A DNA stretch of 64,000 nucleotides from Octopus sinensis (taxonomy: Eukaryota): contig NC_042998.1 in the NCBI RefSeq assembly GCF_006345805.1, forward strand, positions 72,540,001-72,604,000, given 5' to 3'. Positions 24,157-37,786 of the stretch are shown here, piece after piece (position 1 is the stretch's first letter; each line of letters begins with the position of its first letter). The notes beneath the pieces are model-generated. The model saw only the letters and a list, made by a program, of their open reading frames with translations, ran no database searches and was not told the DNA's origin. The position numbers and the translations under genes are program-made.

Positions 24157-25304
24157 TTTATGTTTTTTCACAGGAATCATTTTGGGTATGTAGAGGCTCA
24201 TGATGCCAACTGGCAATACCACTTTTTGTGGGGTTACATCGAATGGTGCCGACATGATGTAGGATACATATAATAATAATTATAATAACGATAATGATAA
24301 TAATAATTTCTATACATAAATTTGTCACCACGCTTGAATTTCGGCGATTTTACCTGCTTCCTCTTCGCCCTGCTTTCTTTCTACCTCCTCTACCACCGGG
24401 ACTTCAGTGCTGTTGTAAGGAGGCACGACGATAGGATGACTATTTAACGGTTCCCCAAAATATGTAAGCCTTTTCTATTACTTGAATTTATGAAATACCA
24501 TTGTGTGATTCAAAGATTTTAAAATTCCTTTTAGAGAAATGTCTGTACGTTTGATAAAACTTTGAGATGTTTATAGATTTTTGTATGTTAACTACGATGT
24601 GATGTTCCACAGATAGGTTACTTTATCATAAGTACGATGTGATGTGATATAGATAGATTCCTGTAGTTTTTTTTTAAAGCTTTGAGAAGTTGTTCATAGA
24701 TATCTATATTTTAGCTATGCTCCTCTCAAATGTCCCAGTCTAATCAAACGACCTGTATTGGTAGACACAAAACGCCCGCTCTTCTATTTAGCACCCAGCA
24801 TCATCAGTACCTAAACGAACAGATGTAAGTCCGCCATCATTTGTTGTCAAAAGAAATCAGGGGAGAAAATATTAGGACCTCTAGGCATTTTATTAACAAT
24901 ATGATTATAGTAATAATAGTGAGTCTATAGTAGTGAACAAGTAAAAAAAAAAGATGCGACTATAATACTGTAATATTGCAATGATTATAGTGAACAAGTA
25001 AATTATAATCCAAAATGTTTATCATATGGCGTTGTGAAATCGTCCAAGAGTCGGTGACTAAACCGTTAACCCCACTGAGTTTGCTTGGTAACGAAGGTGG
25101 ATTTTCGATACCCTGCGGTATTTTATAACTATTGGGGCGGGAATACGACACCGTGCAACGAGAATAGACGAGAACGCTACATATAAATAGTAGCAGTCTG
25201 ACGTAGTCAACAATCCGTAGTGTGGTCCTCGAAGCCCAGTTACAGTTTGCAGTTCGATTTAATGTGTTGGAAATACGGAATGTTGTTTCGTTACGTGTTT
25301 GTTG

Positions 25305-25640
25305 TTGGGTTATCACGTGAGAAGAGGTAATGGGAAATTAAACCACTTGCTATTCATAGACGACATGAAGCTATCCACAAAAACTGAGGCAGAACTGGAC
25401 AGTATATTTCAGTTTGTGCCTATTTTCTCCAATGATATTAACAAGAAGTTTGGATCTCTCAAAATATGTTATGATGGTGGTGAGAGGAGTATTAAAATCA
25501 GAGAAAAAAAGGTAAACCACAGGAAGACGTTAAAAAAGGATGTCAATGAGGATTACGCACAAAGGACTACACATTCAGATCCATATAGCCAGAACAGAAG
25601 ATGGAGGCCATTGACTAAAATCTTCTTTCATGGTGTTTAG
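25305..25640 (+). mobile_element. R4/Dong-clade RT fragment
   Basis: GYHVRRGNGKLNHLLFIDDMKL...FSNDINKKFG, the typical NHLLFMDDLKL catalytic region of this clade. Confidence 0.8.
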
Positions 25641-25789
25641 AAAGTTCCCCGGCTCCAGGGAGGTTTTAGGATCTTTGTTCTCTCTGGCAAGCAAAGCTTT
25701 CATCATTTGCATATGTCTCTGGTTTTTCAAGAAGCTTCGATTTAATTATGTATAGAATTCCTTCTTCTTTTACGTGCCTTATGTGAATG

Positions 25790-26545
25790 CCGAGAGACGT
25801 CATGTTGAACCTTTCTAGTATCCTAATAAAAGGACTTGTGTTTGATCAGACGTTACTTAGAAGAAGGCACGTTTGAGCCGACATATTTCTGTGTCAGTGT
25901 GTTGGATGTGCTACCACTGCTGATGCATCTTTCATTAACACCAGGTCTGACGTCCTTGTCTTTCCTGGAGCCGTTGCTGTTGCTGATATACTTGGACGTA
26001 ATTCTGGTAGTTACGGTGCTATTGGGGTAGCAAAGAATTCGCGTCCGCAATGTTGGCGTTCCTGCTGCCGTCGTAAACGTTAGCATTGTTGACTATGCGG
26101 CTTGATGCACTGCTGCCACCACCATCATCACCACCGTCACCACCGTCATGGCCGTCGCCGCTACCATTGCTGTTGCTGTTGCTGTTGTGCGTAGCGGTCT
26201 TCGTCCAATGGGAGAAGTCCGAAACGTGGACCTTTGCTATTCGTAAGACCTGCAGAAGAGAAAGCAAGTCAACCCCCGACCTCAAGAGCATCGAGGGATG
26301 GATGAATGCGCATCCAGGCGCAGCGGTTGCGTAGGAAGTCGGGGACAAGAAAAAGGAAGAAAGAGTGAGAGAAAGTTGGAGCGAAAGAGTACAACAAGGG
26401 TCGCCACCACCCTCTGCCGGAGCCTCATGGAGCTTTAGGTGTTTTCGCTCAATAAACACAAACAACGTCCGGTCTGGGAATCGAAACCGCGATCCTCTGA
26501 CCGCGAGTCCGCTGCCCTAATTATTGGGCCATTGCGCCTCCACTT
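25790..26545 (-). mobile_element. SINE family C head with a ~600-bp GC-rich extension (tail type 3)
   Basis: 26400-26545 matches the family C head and body. It continues into unrelated GC-rich sequence with (CAG/CAA) and (GGT/GAT) triplet runs. Confidence 0.7.
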
Positions 26546-26902
26546 GCTGTTACTGCTGCTGTCGGTGGGCATCCCAAACCTGTCCTCAAGTCAAGAGATT
26601 TTCGATGATGCGGCTATTTATTACAACGATGCTGTGCTGTCCAGTGGTTTCAAAAACGGTATTTGCAATATGACAGGCCCTAGCAGCCGCTAAAGAAAGC
26701 GCCGCAGTTGTGTCGTTTGCTATGCCCTACCTTCTTTCTCAATCTGAAATCTTGCGTGGGAAGAAATTTCCTTGGACTGGTGGACAAACACTTCACTGCG
26801 TCACCAAAATACGGACGTTTGTTTAAAAGGCAAAACTTAAGGGTCACATTCAGTTGCGCGTCCAATATTAAGGAGATTTTGGTGAGCACCCCTAAATCGT
26901 GA
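26546..26902 (+). mobile_element. Penelope-like element, RT C-terminal/linker fragment
   Basis: IPNLSSSQEIFDDAAIYYNDAVLSSGF and FFLNLKSCVGRNFLGLVDKHF...RLFKRQNLRVTFSCASNI, homologous to the 36780-36940 segment. Confidence 0.8.
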
Positions 26903-27049
26903 GTAGAGGGAGGATGCTGATATAAGGTAAACGATGACTGCCTAGTAGTAGTTGATACGAAACCTGAGGATTGTGTATGAAGCTGAGGTCGTAGCCTCAT
27001 ATAAATCATCATTTGACAATTTTTTGATAATATTTTAATAGTTGTTTCT

Positions 27050-28260
27050 CTGCCCATTTACCTATGGTGATTGGACGTTTTTTTCTTTCAAATGTTGTAC
27101 GATTATTATTTCAGGTTTTTTTTTCTTTTTCTTACTGTAATCTTTATTTTTCTTGTATTCGAAAAAGCTTTGCATTTTGTTTTTGCATTGTTTCTTTATG
27201 TGCTAAGATAATTAATTGTATTCTTTTGGCATGTGTCTTATGAAGGATTTTGCATCGAATCATGTTTGTAATTATTGTTGCTTTAAAGGTGTAAATATTA
27301 TTCACAAGATTAAGATTTTTTAATGATATGTTTATTTCGAATAAACATATCCTGAAACAAATTGACAAATTAATTTGTACAGGTGTTTTTGAAACTGTAT
27401 TTGTATTTGGTGTCCGATTTAAATTAATCTAACATATAGAAACGCCCTGCTAAATTTTCTTAGTGGTGGTATTTTTCCTGTTGCTGTGTATTGGTGTATG
27501 TGTACACGTGTATTGTTTGAGTGCTTTTTTCCTTAGTACTTTAAATGGTCTTGCTTCTTTGTAAGTTACAGGATTTTGTTCATGTGTCATTAAAATTAAC
27601 TTCAAAACAAATTATTGATATATTTGTGCAGGTGTATCCCGAATGATAAGTTGTATCTCATCAATGTGTGACATTGGTGCGGCTTGTAGAATGTGTCTGT
27701 TACACAAATGAAATATTTCTGCTTACATTAGGGCATTTAACTTGAAACATATATCCGCGGGTGCATATAACTGTGCGTTTGAACTATTGCGTGTGAGTGT
27801 GTAAGATGTTCACGGATTTTCTTTTTTATCTAACACCTGACTGTCCTGTGCTTGGTACGTGTATTTGTCATAACTGAGTGCTTTGGAAGAAAATAGTGAG
27901 ACTTTTGTATTTTTGAATGTGAGGTTTATTGCATGTTTGGGGAAATTCTTATACTTAATCGATATTAATTTTGAACTAATTAAAAAATCTAAACGATTTG
28001 ATTTATACACCTATGTTCATGTTTGATTTTGTGTATGGAATTGTGATTAATTATCTCTTGATATACGAAGTGATTGCGTGTCCTTGTATACATTCTTTCG
28101 TGTGCTTTGGTCAAGGTTTTCTTCTTATCTGGAATACTGTTTAGTATATTTTTGGTAAACGCTTGTTCTTTTACCGTTTTATATGCCGAAGAAAATAAAG
28201 TGTTTGGTAAATCTGGTAAATCTGATCAGTAAATAAACAATAGAAACCAAGAAAATGAGC
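27050..28260 (-). mobile_element. Highly decayed K/N/T-rich coding-like remnant, possibly a PLE ORF N-terminus
   Basis: Strong strand asymmetry and short open frames (KNFPKHAINLTFKN; ICLFEINISLKNL). No catalytic motif recognised. Confidence 0.3.
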
Positions 28261-29536
28261 TTCCACACATATTTAGCCTATATGTACCAATTGCTGCATT
28301 CGCTTTCCTAATATATATTAGCAAACGTTTCGCAAGAAGACATAAACATCACGATCTATTCATGAAAAACAATACAATGTTTAGCTGCAGCCGTACATTA
28401 ATATAACACACCACTAATATAGCTCGAAGCTTCCTGGTGTTAATGAACACATAAAGATCATAAGCACTTTAATTACGATAACGTCGATGTTAGCCTCTCA
28501 TACTTTATATCGCTTCTAGCATTGCACATTTCAACATATGCAAATACGTAAACCCACATTCTTCACACTACAGTTTGCCTGATCCCCATTTGGCATATAC
28601 TCGCTATCAAACGTTGGTGTCTTTACGGTCACCTTCCTAGCATACAGTGGCTTCACAAAACACTGCACGGGCATGACAGCCAATGGAGTAAGAAAAGTTA
28701 CACACAACAAATGCACTTGATCAGAAACGAGAAAATTTCTGTCAGTTCATCTGGTGTCTCTAAGAGTATTGAAACCAAGTATACAACGTCACAAGGAACT
28801 GAACTCCTATATACTCATTTGAAAATATAAATTCCTAGCTGCGGCTTCGTGACAAACTGCACATATTTCACTACTGAGTAGTTTTCACTAGGGAATATCA
28901 TTCCATTTGACGCACGCTGATAGCATTCAGATCATTGGCCTCTCATAATCCGGATACAACAATCTCAACCTAGTATAACCATGCACAATGCTGCCAGTAC
29001 ATGTTAAACTAACTGCAGTTCATAGCAGATAAACTCACTGAAATCTGTTGCACGTCAGGAACTATAACAGTAGTTCGGTGGCTGCAGTTTTAAAAATGAC
29101 TTGCAAGTGCATATTCTCAGAAAATATTCCATAACTGCTGCATATTCAGTAAAGGGAATAAGGAGAAATATGTTTGTAGGTTATTAACACCACGTCCTGG
29201 ATGAATGACTAAAGAGACGGGAGAATTTCATCATATTTACACGAAAATGTTTCATGAAACATACTTCTCTTAACATTTTTTCTTTTCTCTTTTTTCTCTT
29301 GATATTTCTTTCTGTACTTTTTGTCAGCTATACACTTGAAATTTGAAGACTGTTGATGTCACTCCATCAACGTGAGGTCGAAGGTTTCTCTCGTTCATAT
29401 TGTAGATTTGAATTACGACAATTTTGAATTGTCATCACTTTTCATTTTGAACTCGACAAAGACAGCCTAGCTGTTGAAATATCGTACAACGAATGAAATA
29501 TCAATTGCAATTGCATCGCGCTATTCATGTTGTCTC

Positions 29537-29725
29537 TTTTCTTCTTCTTCTTCTTCTTCTTCTTCTTCTTCTTCTTCTTCTTCTTCATCTTCTTCTTCTT
29601 CTTCTTCTTCTTCTTCTTCTTCTTTTTCTTCTTCTTCTTCTTCTTCTTCTTTTTCTTCTTCTTCTTCTTCTTCTTCTTCTTCTTCTCTTCCTCCTCCTCC
29701 TCCTCCTTCTTCTTCTTCTTCTTCA
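29537..29725. repeat. (TTC)n/(TCC)n microsatellite
   Basis: Directly visible; gives the poly-K/E/S/F/L ORFs. Confidence 0.95.
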
Positions 29726-31695
29726 TATTTGCTAGGTGGTATGATTTCTTGTTTGTATTTGTCAGTTTCCTTAAATACTGTAGCACTGTCTGCCATTTAT
29801 TCATAGAGTGTCCTATGCATTTTATAATTGTTGGTGCTACTTTGTTAAAGGCTAGTGTTTCGAGGATCCATGTGTGGGGGATGCTATCAAACGCCTTTCT
29901 GTAGTCGATCCAGGCTATGCTGAGGCCTTTCTTCTTTCTGTGGCTGTCTTTAGTTATGGATTTATTGATCTTTAGTTGATCTTTACAGCCATATGAGCCT
30001 TCGCGGCACCCTTTCTGCTCTTCTGGAAACAGGTTGTTTTCGTCCAGGTGCTTGTTCAATCTTTGTGATATTACTGCAGTGAATGCTTTGTACATTGTAG
30101 GGAGACAGGTTATAGGTCTGTAGTTTTCTGGTTTTGCTGTCTCATTGGATTTAGGAATTAAGCTGGTTTTCCCCTTCCTGAGCCATTCAGGCATTGTCTC
30201 TGGCTCTGCCAGTATGTTATTAAAGTTTTCAGCCAGTTTTTTGTGCATTCCTGTCAGATATTTCAACCAGATGTTTGGGATCTTGTCATACCCAGGTGAT
30301 TTCCAGTTGCTTAGTCTTTGCAGTGCCTGGGTGACCTCTTCAGTTGTTATGGGGATCCAAAGTTGCTCAGATGCTAAGTTTGTTGTTTTAATACTCCTTC
30401 TTTTTGGTTGTTCTTTTGCCGACCATATTTCTTTCCAGAATTCTTCCACTTCTTCTGGTCCAGTTTGAGATATGTGTTTTTCAGTTCTTTGATGATTCTA
30501 CTTTTTATAGTATCCTAATCATTAGGCTCCCCTTCGTTGTTTCCAGGTTTTAGATTTGTGTCGCTTTCCTTCTCGTTCGTATGTTTGTCTGTCGTGTTTT
30601 GGCTTGCTGCTTGTCATGCATTATTATGCATCCTTACAGTCCGGGTTTGTTGTTTTTTGTTTATATCGTTTTTGTTGGAAATGTTACGTTTGTCTTCGTG
30701 TTTTACTATCTCAGTGTTTATATTATTTGCCATTGTTGTGTAGCTTCTATCTACATTTCTATCTACATTGTTGTGTGGCTTCTATCTACATCTACTCAAA
30801 ATACCAGAGGGCGCACACTCTCCTACCCTGATGTAATCTCCAGGGATACAGGCATCCAGCAAACTCCGTAATGCTATGATGGACCGTGAAGTCTGGCGTA
30901 GCATGGTAAATTCCATTGTCTCGACCACGGTCGAACAATGATGATGATGATCTACATTTTCCTGGTGTATTTTTTCTTTTAAATGTTCTATTTCTATTTC
31001 TGATATTTTTTTGCGTTGAGAATATATCTTCGTAAGTTAGCTAGTTTATTAGGGTTCATTGTTTTATCAAAGTCTTTATTTATGTTATTTTTCTTCCATA
31101 TTTTATATGTATATGTCGTTGTGTTTTCGTTCTTTGGGTAGAGCACTGCTGTAAAGTAAGCGTGTAGGATAGAAATGTATTCCTCACGTGTCCATTTATG
31201 CCTTTTTGTTTTATTTGCGGGACATGAGGAACAGCTTCCGGCCCATTATTTTGACGGTCATTATTTTCGTGGGGTACCGGTCCGTTCATTTCTGTTGTCA
31301 CATTGTTTTGCACGTATAGTTCTTCGTACTTTTTGTGCAGTAAGTTTAAAGTACGTACTTCACGATTGTTATTCTTGGGTTGAATAATGCCGGTATTATT
31401 TAATTTCTTCGTAGTATTTTTGTACATGATATTTGGGGCTGGAGATGATCTCTTGTTGATGTATCGTAATCTATCAAGCATGTTTACATGGTTGGAGATG
31501 ATATCGAGTTAAAATACATAATTTCGTTTGGAAAATAGCATTAAATTTCAATGAGCATTACTTACTCGAATATAGTCCTATCCTTTTTCAGTTAATTTTT
31601 GGCTCCATACGATGTCTTTGTTTCCGATGTTTGTGGATAGATTTCGGAGCAATGTTTTATCGCTCTCACATGTTAAACGTCCCCCAGTGTTCTCT
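29726..31695 (-). mobile_element. R4/Dong-clade LINE, 5' portion through RT, broken before the catalytic DD
   Basis: Open frame with WKSPGYDKIPNIWLK, PENYRPITCLPTMYK, EQKGCREGSYGCKDQL, AWIDYRKAFDSIPHTW. Upstream is an N/K/T-rich N-terminal region; (TAA)n lies at the 5' flank (31696-31762). Confidence 0.9.
30792..30949 (+). mobile_element. 5'-truncated RTE-type LINE 3' end nested in the Dong element
   Basis: TLSYPDVISRDTGIQ..NAMMDREVWRSMVNSIVSTTVEQ*, (TGA)n tail, flanked by ATCTACAT on both sides (TSD). Confidence 0.8.
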
Positions 31696-31716
31696 TTATT
31701 ATTATTATTATTATTA

Positions 31717-31764
<48 letters not shown>

Positions 31765-31977
31765 AGCTCTCCAGTTCCTCATGCTATCCTGTCTAGTAGT
31801 TTGATGTTTTTGCTTAGAACTGCTGTCTGTAACAGAGGTGTCTACAGACTGCTCAATACAAATATTTGTTTATCTGCTACGCTTCCTTGGTCGCATCCCT
31901 ATTACACACACACACACACATACACACAAACACACACACACACACATGCACACACATATATGTAACGCGTCATTAGG

Positions 31978-32150
31978 GGTGACCGACCAAAGTATCGGAT
32001 GCTGTTACGCATAGCATCGCTGGTCAGAATGCGCTTTGCATCATTTTAGCCTTTGAATGCGCCCACACCATGTGTTAGACGGGCAGGCCAACAGTTTCCT
32101 CTGATCGAAAGGGAGACTGGAGCACCGTGAAATGAAATTTTACCTCTGGA
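31978..32150 (-). mobile_element. Chimeric SINE fragment: family D-like core plus family C tail type 1
   Basis: 31978-32091 is the reverse complement of the 15775-15890 tail. 32113-32135 (GACTGGAGCACCGTGAAAT) matches the family D core at 20676-20694. Confidence 0.6.
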
Positions 32151-32180
32151 ACACAGTATGCCCGCTAAGATAAGCGCTTT

Positions 32181-32211
<31 letters not shown>

Positions 32212-32220
32212 TTATTTATT

Positions 32221-32505
32221 TCTTCTTCTACTTGTTCCTGTCAGTTGACTGCGGTTATGCTGGAGCTCTGCATTCAAGGGGTTTCAGTCGATCAAATCGA
32301 ACCCGGAACTTATTCCATCGGTCACTTTTGCCGAGCGGTGGTGGGGAACAAACACGAACACAGAGATACGCACACATAGATATATGGCAAGGCTTCGGTC
32401 GACTGGAGACTATAGTAGCAGACATTTGGCCAAAGTGTCACTCAGTGGGACTCGACTCGGAACCATGTGGTTTGGATGCAAGCTTCTTACCACAGAACTA
32501 CGATT
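32221..32505 (-). mobile_element. SINE family B, degenerate
   Basis: Head (GGTAAGAAGCTTGC...CCACATGGTTCCGAG) and tail (CCAGCATAACCGCAGTCAA) modules present. Confidence 0.8.
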
Positions 32506-32507
32506 TC

Positions 32508-32570
<63 letters not shown>

Positions 32571-34813
32571 GCGCGTGTGTATGTGTGTGTGGTTATCTCT
32601 AAATTTATCTAATCATGCAGAGACAGACATATAAGCAGAGAGTTAAGTACGGAGATATGTATTTAGATGCAGATGATAGCATGTGTTTTACAAGACACAT
32701 TTAAAATGTCTTGCAGATATAACAAAATATCTTTTCAAAATATCTTTTCAAGTAAAGTTTATCTCTCTCATAGGAGAGAGGTACACATTGAATGGATTCA
32801 ACATTTCGATATAGCTATAAGGAAATATATCGATTGTTTAAATAAAAGTACTATGAAAGAAAGAAAGGTTATACATATTAAGATAAACATAGACGTGTAA
32901 GATATCTATGTTCTCCTAAGGTAAGGCATAATAGAGCATTTCCGTTAACCTTGACCAGTGAAACGTTTTTATTAATGACAGCTAAGTTCACTAAAATGAT
33001 AATGCCAATGATTTTACGATACGTGCTTCTTCAAATAAACAATGGACTACAATACGTTACATATCAATAATAAGCATATGTTTCACTGCAAATCTGTTGT
33101 ACCGTTTGAAGTGAATTGTATTTATATAGACATTATGTCTGCAAATTGACGTGGAAGCTGTAAATAACCCTAAAACAAGGAAATATTTTTATTCACTTTC
33201 CTACATTTTGTAATGAAATATTTATTTTAGTATTCAGTTATAACTAAAGAAATTATACTGCTGTAACACCACACACACACACACACACACACACGCATAC
33301 ATACACGCACGCATACACTCATACACACACACATACACACACACTACTTCTATACATAGAAATTGCTAAAAGTCCATGAGAATGTACTTATATCTAATGT
33401 AAGATATATTTGTATTTAGCGATAAGATATTAAGTCTACGAATTGACTCTAAAAACTTACTCTGTTAAATTAATAAACACATTCTTAGTTCGATAAATAG
33501 GTAATTAATATAGTTTTGGTATTTTATCCACGAACTAAGGCAATAGTCATGAAAACTGTTTCAGTGACAATATCATGGCGCCAGTATAAGACAGATTAAA
33601 AAGTATAGGACGCATACTGTCGATAAGCGGGAAGCGAATGTGTACAAAAAATATGTACACAAATTCACACTCACGCATACACACACACAAACACACTCAC
33701 ATATACACCCACACATATACATAAAGACAGAAGAGAGATATGTAGATATATGCATATATATGTGTGTGCCTATGCGTGTATATATATATGTATACAGAGA
33801 CAGAAAAAGAGAGAGAGAGAGAGAGAGGGAGAGAGAGTACGTGAGAGAAAACTTATATTCCATAAAATCTTTATACGTACGTCTGCTTGCGTGTGTGTGT
33901 CTATTAACATATCTTTGAGCATATAATGAGGAATCGGACAGAGCGCAAAACCAATATTTATATATATATAAAGGTAAGAAAATGGCAAAGAAGAAACCGA
34001 AAGAAAGTGTGCGTACGTGTGTGTGTGTGAGCGTGCGCATGTGAGTGTGAGTGTGTGTGTGTGAGAGAGAGAAAGATAGACAAATAGAAACAATGAAAGC
34101 GAGGTAAAAAAACAAATTATGAAATTAAATGTGCAATCACTGCAAGATTGACCACCAAAATAATACATGTGCGCCCATGTATTTATGGATGTGTGTTTTG
34201 CGCCTGATTACAAGCAGAAACACATGCATATATGTATATATATATGGATATACTTATGCTGGAGCAGACACTTCAGAATCTAACAAAGAGTAATTATTAA
34301 GTAAGATAATGAAAGTAGACTTTGAAGATGGAGGACAAGCAGAATGAAAACAAATGAGATTTTTAAATTTGCTGAAATGGAAAGAAAAGACAATATCAGT
34401 CGAGGAAATATATATGACGATAAACATATGGAGAGAGTAGAATAAAATAAGACAGACACTTTGGATAGTTTAAATAGTATTGTCATCGAAATAGACAGCA
34501 GTGTGGTAATTAAGATAACGATTTATTACAATAGCACCATATTGAGGTGATTACTGCTGTTGATTGATGTATTTTCTTTTACAATTAGGAGAAATGGCCA
34601 CAACTATTGCAACTTAATTCAATTCATCCATCTGTTACATTGAATAATTATAAGTCTTAAATAGAATCATTTATCTACTGGAAAAGCTTGGGAAATGCAA
34701 ATAAACATTTAGACACTGAGATATTCATACCAGTATTGAAATATATTGATGTATCTATGCACCTGTGTGTGCGTGGTTTGTGTATAAATATGTATGTGTG
34801 TCAGTATATATGC

Positions 34814-34859
<46 letters not shown>

Positions 34860-34883
34860 ATCCTTACAACACACACACATACA

Positions 34884-34917
<34 letters not shown>

Positions 34918-36544
34918 CATACATTCATACATACATACATATATATATAGCACATAGGGAGTTCTATTGAAATTATATGCTTGTATTAAGTTCATTTTAA
35001 AAATGTGTTACCATTTCTAAGAGAAGATAAACAGCGGACATCACTCTCTCATCTATGGCTCTCACTCTCTGAAACATACGTACATATACACGTATATAAA
35101 CATTCACGCGAGTGCGCTTGTATGTATGTGCTATAGCACTTAATTATAATTTTTTTTTAGCCATCACAATCGGCATAGTTAATATTAGATGTATGTACTT
35201 GATATCCAATATCGAAGAAGAGAGCTGTTGGAATAGGTGCATAATTACCATACCTTTATTGCGATACGTGGTAAACGGGGTATAGGTTTAACTGACAACC
35301 GATAAACTACTCATATTCTTATTTGTAAATATAAAGGACTGTTTCCCAACTACCACATTGTTATCTGCGTTGTCTTCAACGCAGACTACTTTGAGTAGCA
35401 TATCTCAAATATTTTGAAAATGGCTAGATATATTATTCACTAAGATAATTTCAGGCTTTGTCAAGAGAAGAAGAATCATGTGAACGTTAAGCTGTTATGG
35501 AATTTGCTTAAAATAAGCTATGTATCCTTTATTTTCTTTTATACTCTAGCGTATTTATAAGTACTTAGTATGTTATTGAGAAATTTCAACTGGAATGTCT
35601 GATCGCTGTTGTTTTTTTTTTCATCATATGAGAGCCTCTTCATTTAGATCATGGGTGCTCAGAAAACTTTCAGACAGTAATGTCTTTTAGATATACGAAA
35701 AGAACGATACAGGGAGGTAATTCTTCTAAACCTCACAACTCTCAAGGATAAATAAATCTTATGCACATATGCAGTATGATTCAAAAGAATACGAAGAAAT
35801 TAAAGAAAATAACTCTAGATGGTGTCTCATGTGTTACTGGTGCATGAATTCACTGAGTCATATAACTTATATAGAAAAAAAAGACAAAAAAACTCGCACG
35901 GTAGTTTTGATGAGGGGACTATTAGCAAAAACGATGCACTACATTAATCTTGCAAAAGAAATATATTTGGGAATCTACCAAATCTAAATATTTTATTTTG
36001 GAAAGAGTTAAATTTTTATACTAATACCACCAAAACGGTGGACGATTGGCCATATCGTCGACCGAACAAAACCAATAATGAAGAAAAAGACATGACAAAA
36101 CTGAACTTATATTAACTCCCACATAATTGTCGGAATCTTTCAAAGCAAGAGGCAAAATGCCAGTTGATTCAAATATCAAGTGGCATAACGGGGGTTTCTT
36201 TTTCTTTTTTTATTATTTTTGCAAGTGTAATTACCACGGACGTCCGTTGGAGACTGTTGTGAATTATTTACTAGACGACAATTTGAATGATTATGTTTAA
36301 AGTATCTGCATCTCACTTTGACATACATACACACATGTGATACTACGCTATGTGCTGACCAGTTGGTTTATGGTAATAAATAACAAAATCAGTATAAATT
36401 CCTACCAGCTAATCATTAGTATTGCTATAACTAAGCTGAAACAGCTCATATACTTATACACACACATATTTATACATACGTACACACACATATACACACA
36501 TATATAGATAAGTCAACTAGTAATAATACGATTCATTATAACAA

Positions 36545-37590
36545 CCTTACCAAACAGCAATAACTATATAAAGAATATAAAAAACTCAGATATTAGAATT
36601 CGAAACCATAAGATAAGTCTAACCAAACCCAAACACCTTAGAATCAACCATGAGTTAAAGAAAACTTGCAATAGACAACAAATTAAACAGCTATCGCAAT
36701 AAAATCCGATTGCTATTCCAAGCACCCAAACAGACAGACCTAACCGAAAACATAAAAAACCATGACGTCCTTTGGTATAGCTCAATCTGAAACCTCAACA
36801 TCTCATCAAATATCGCGAAACAATTTTTCACCGCCCTTGATCGCTGCTTCCCTAAAAATGGTGTGTACCGCAAAGTATACAACCATCACACAATAAAGGT
36901 ATATTATGCATCAAACTTAGAGCACATTATATTCATAGGATTAACACCCGTAAACTGAGGTAAAGATTAGTCAGCACTCAAAATAAGCTTCTTGACATTA
37001 ACCATAACTCATATGACCAACATAAGGACAACGTTTATAACTCGAATTATACTACCAACCAGCAGAGCAATAATTAAAATATCCATGATAACCATCCAAA
37101 TAACAACACCAGCAAAAATTCGTTTAGTGATAATAAAACGATAATATTGAAAACCAAAATACTGAACAGAACCAATCCTTCCAGTGCTCGATGTATGCAA
37201 GCTAAGAAAATCAAACTGATATGCTCATTCAGAGATAGCTCCAGTTGCTCCTTGGATAACCAATGTATTACTAAGAATACAAATGCACTATAAACACTTG
37301 AGGAGGTCCCTACGTATATATCGCGGCATCAGCTGATTTTTTTTCAAAAGTCGATACCGCAACCACATCGCCAGATTTCGAAATATCCTTAACTGACATG
37401 TAACATCACTGGCCGATTTTATCTGGAGGCTTAAGGGAGCAAAGACAGAATACGACCTTACATGATCCGTGCGTAGACATGCGAGTCCCTATAACACTAT
37501 ATCCCGCAAATGACAATTATGCTCCGAGGAAGCATTATCCATAATCTTAACAAAGGAGCGCATTATAAATATTTCAGTGAACAATTACTC
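36545..37590 (+). mobile_element. Penelope-like element 3' portion (RT C-terminus, Cys linker, GIY-YIG endonuclease), decayed
   Basis: NIAKQFFTALDRCFPKNGVYRKVYNHHTIKVYY; RDSSSCSLDNQCITKN; SRYRNHIARFRN..HVTSLADFIWRLK; SPYNTISRK..LCSEEAL, read across frameshifts. Confidence 0.85.
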
Positions 37591-37745
37591 AGATGCCTAC
37601 TCGCGGCTAAACACATATTCAGATATTACAATCCAGACCGTACATAACTTGATATATACATGGCGCCCACAACTCCTCATACACATGAACTTGAGGACCC
37701 ATATTTGAATAACTTGTATTTGACATATGATCTTGCAACCTAGAT

Positions 37746-37785
<40 letters not shown>

Positions 37786-37786
<1 letters not shown>

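Noticed and set aside
24174-24273. Candidate exon after a TTTTTTCACAG acceptor (NHFGYVEAHDANWQYHFLWGYIEWCRHDVGYI*)
   Set aside because: Only ~33 codons, no recognisable homology, no partner exons and no convincing in-frame donor; within chance expectation.
26019-26465. 148-aa ORF with a G/D/S-rich stretch
   Set aside because: Starts within a SINE body and crosses triplet repeats; no domain recognised.
28585-28830. ~80-codon stop-free plus-strand frame without ATG
   Set aside because: No homology recognised and no clear splice signals.
29343-29385. TTGAAGA followed by the hairpin GTTGATG/CATCAAC
   Set aside because: Lacks C3 and the GAAA box; a simple hairpin.
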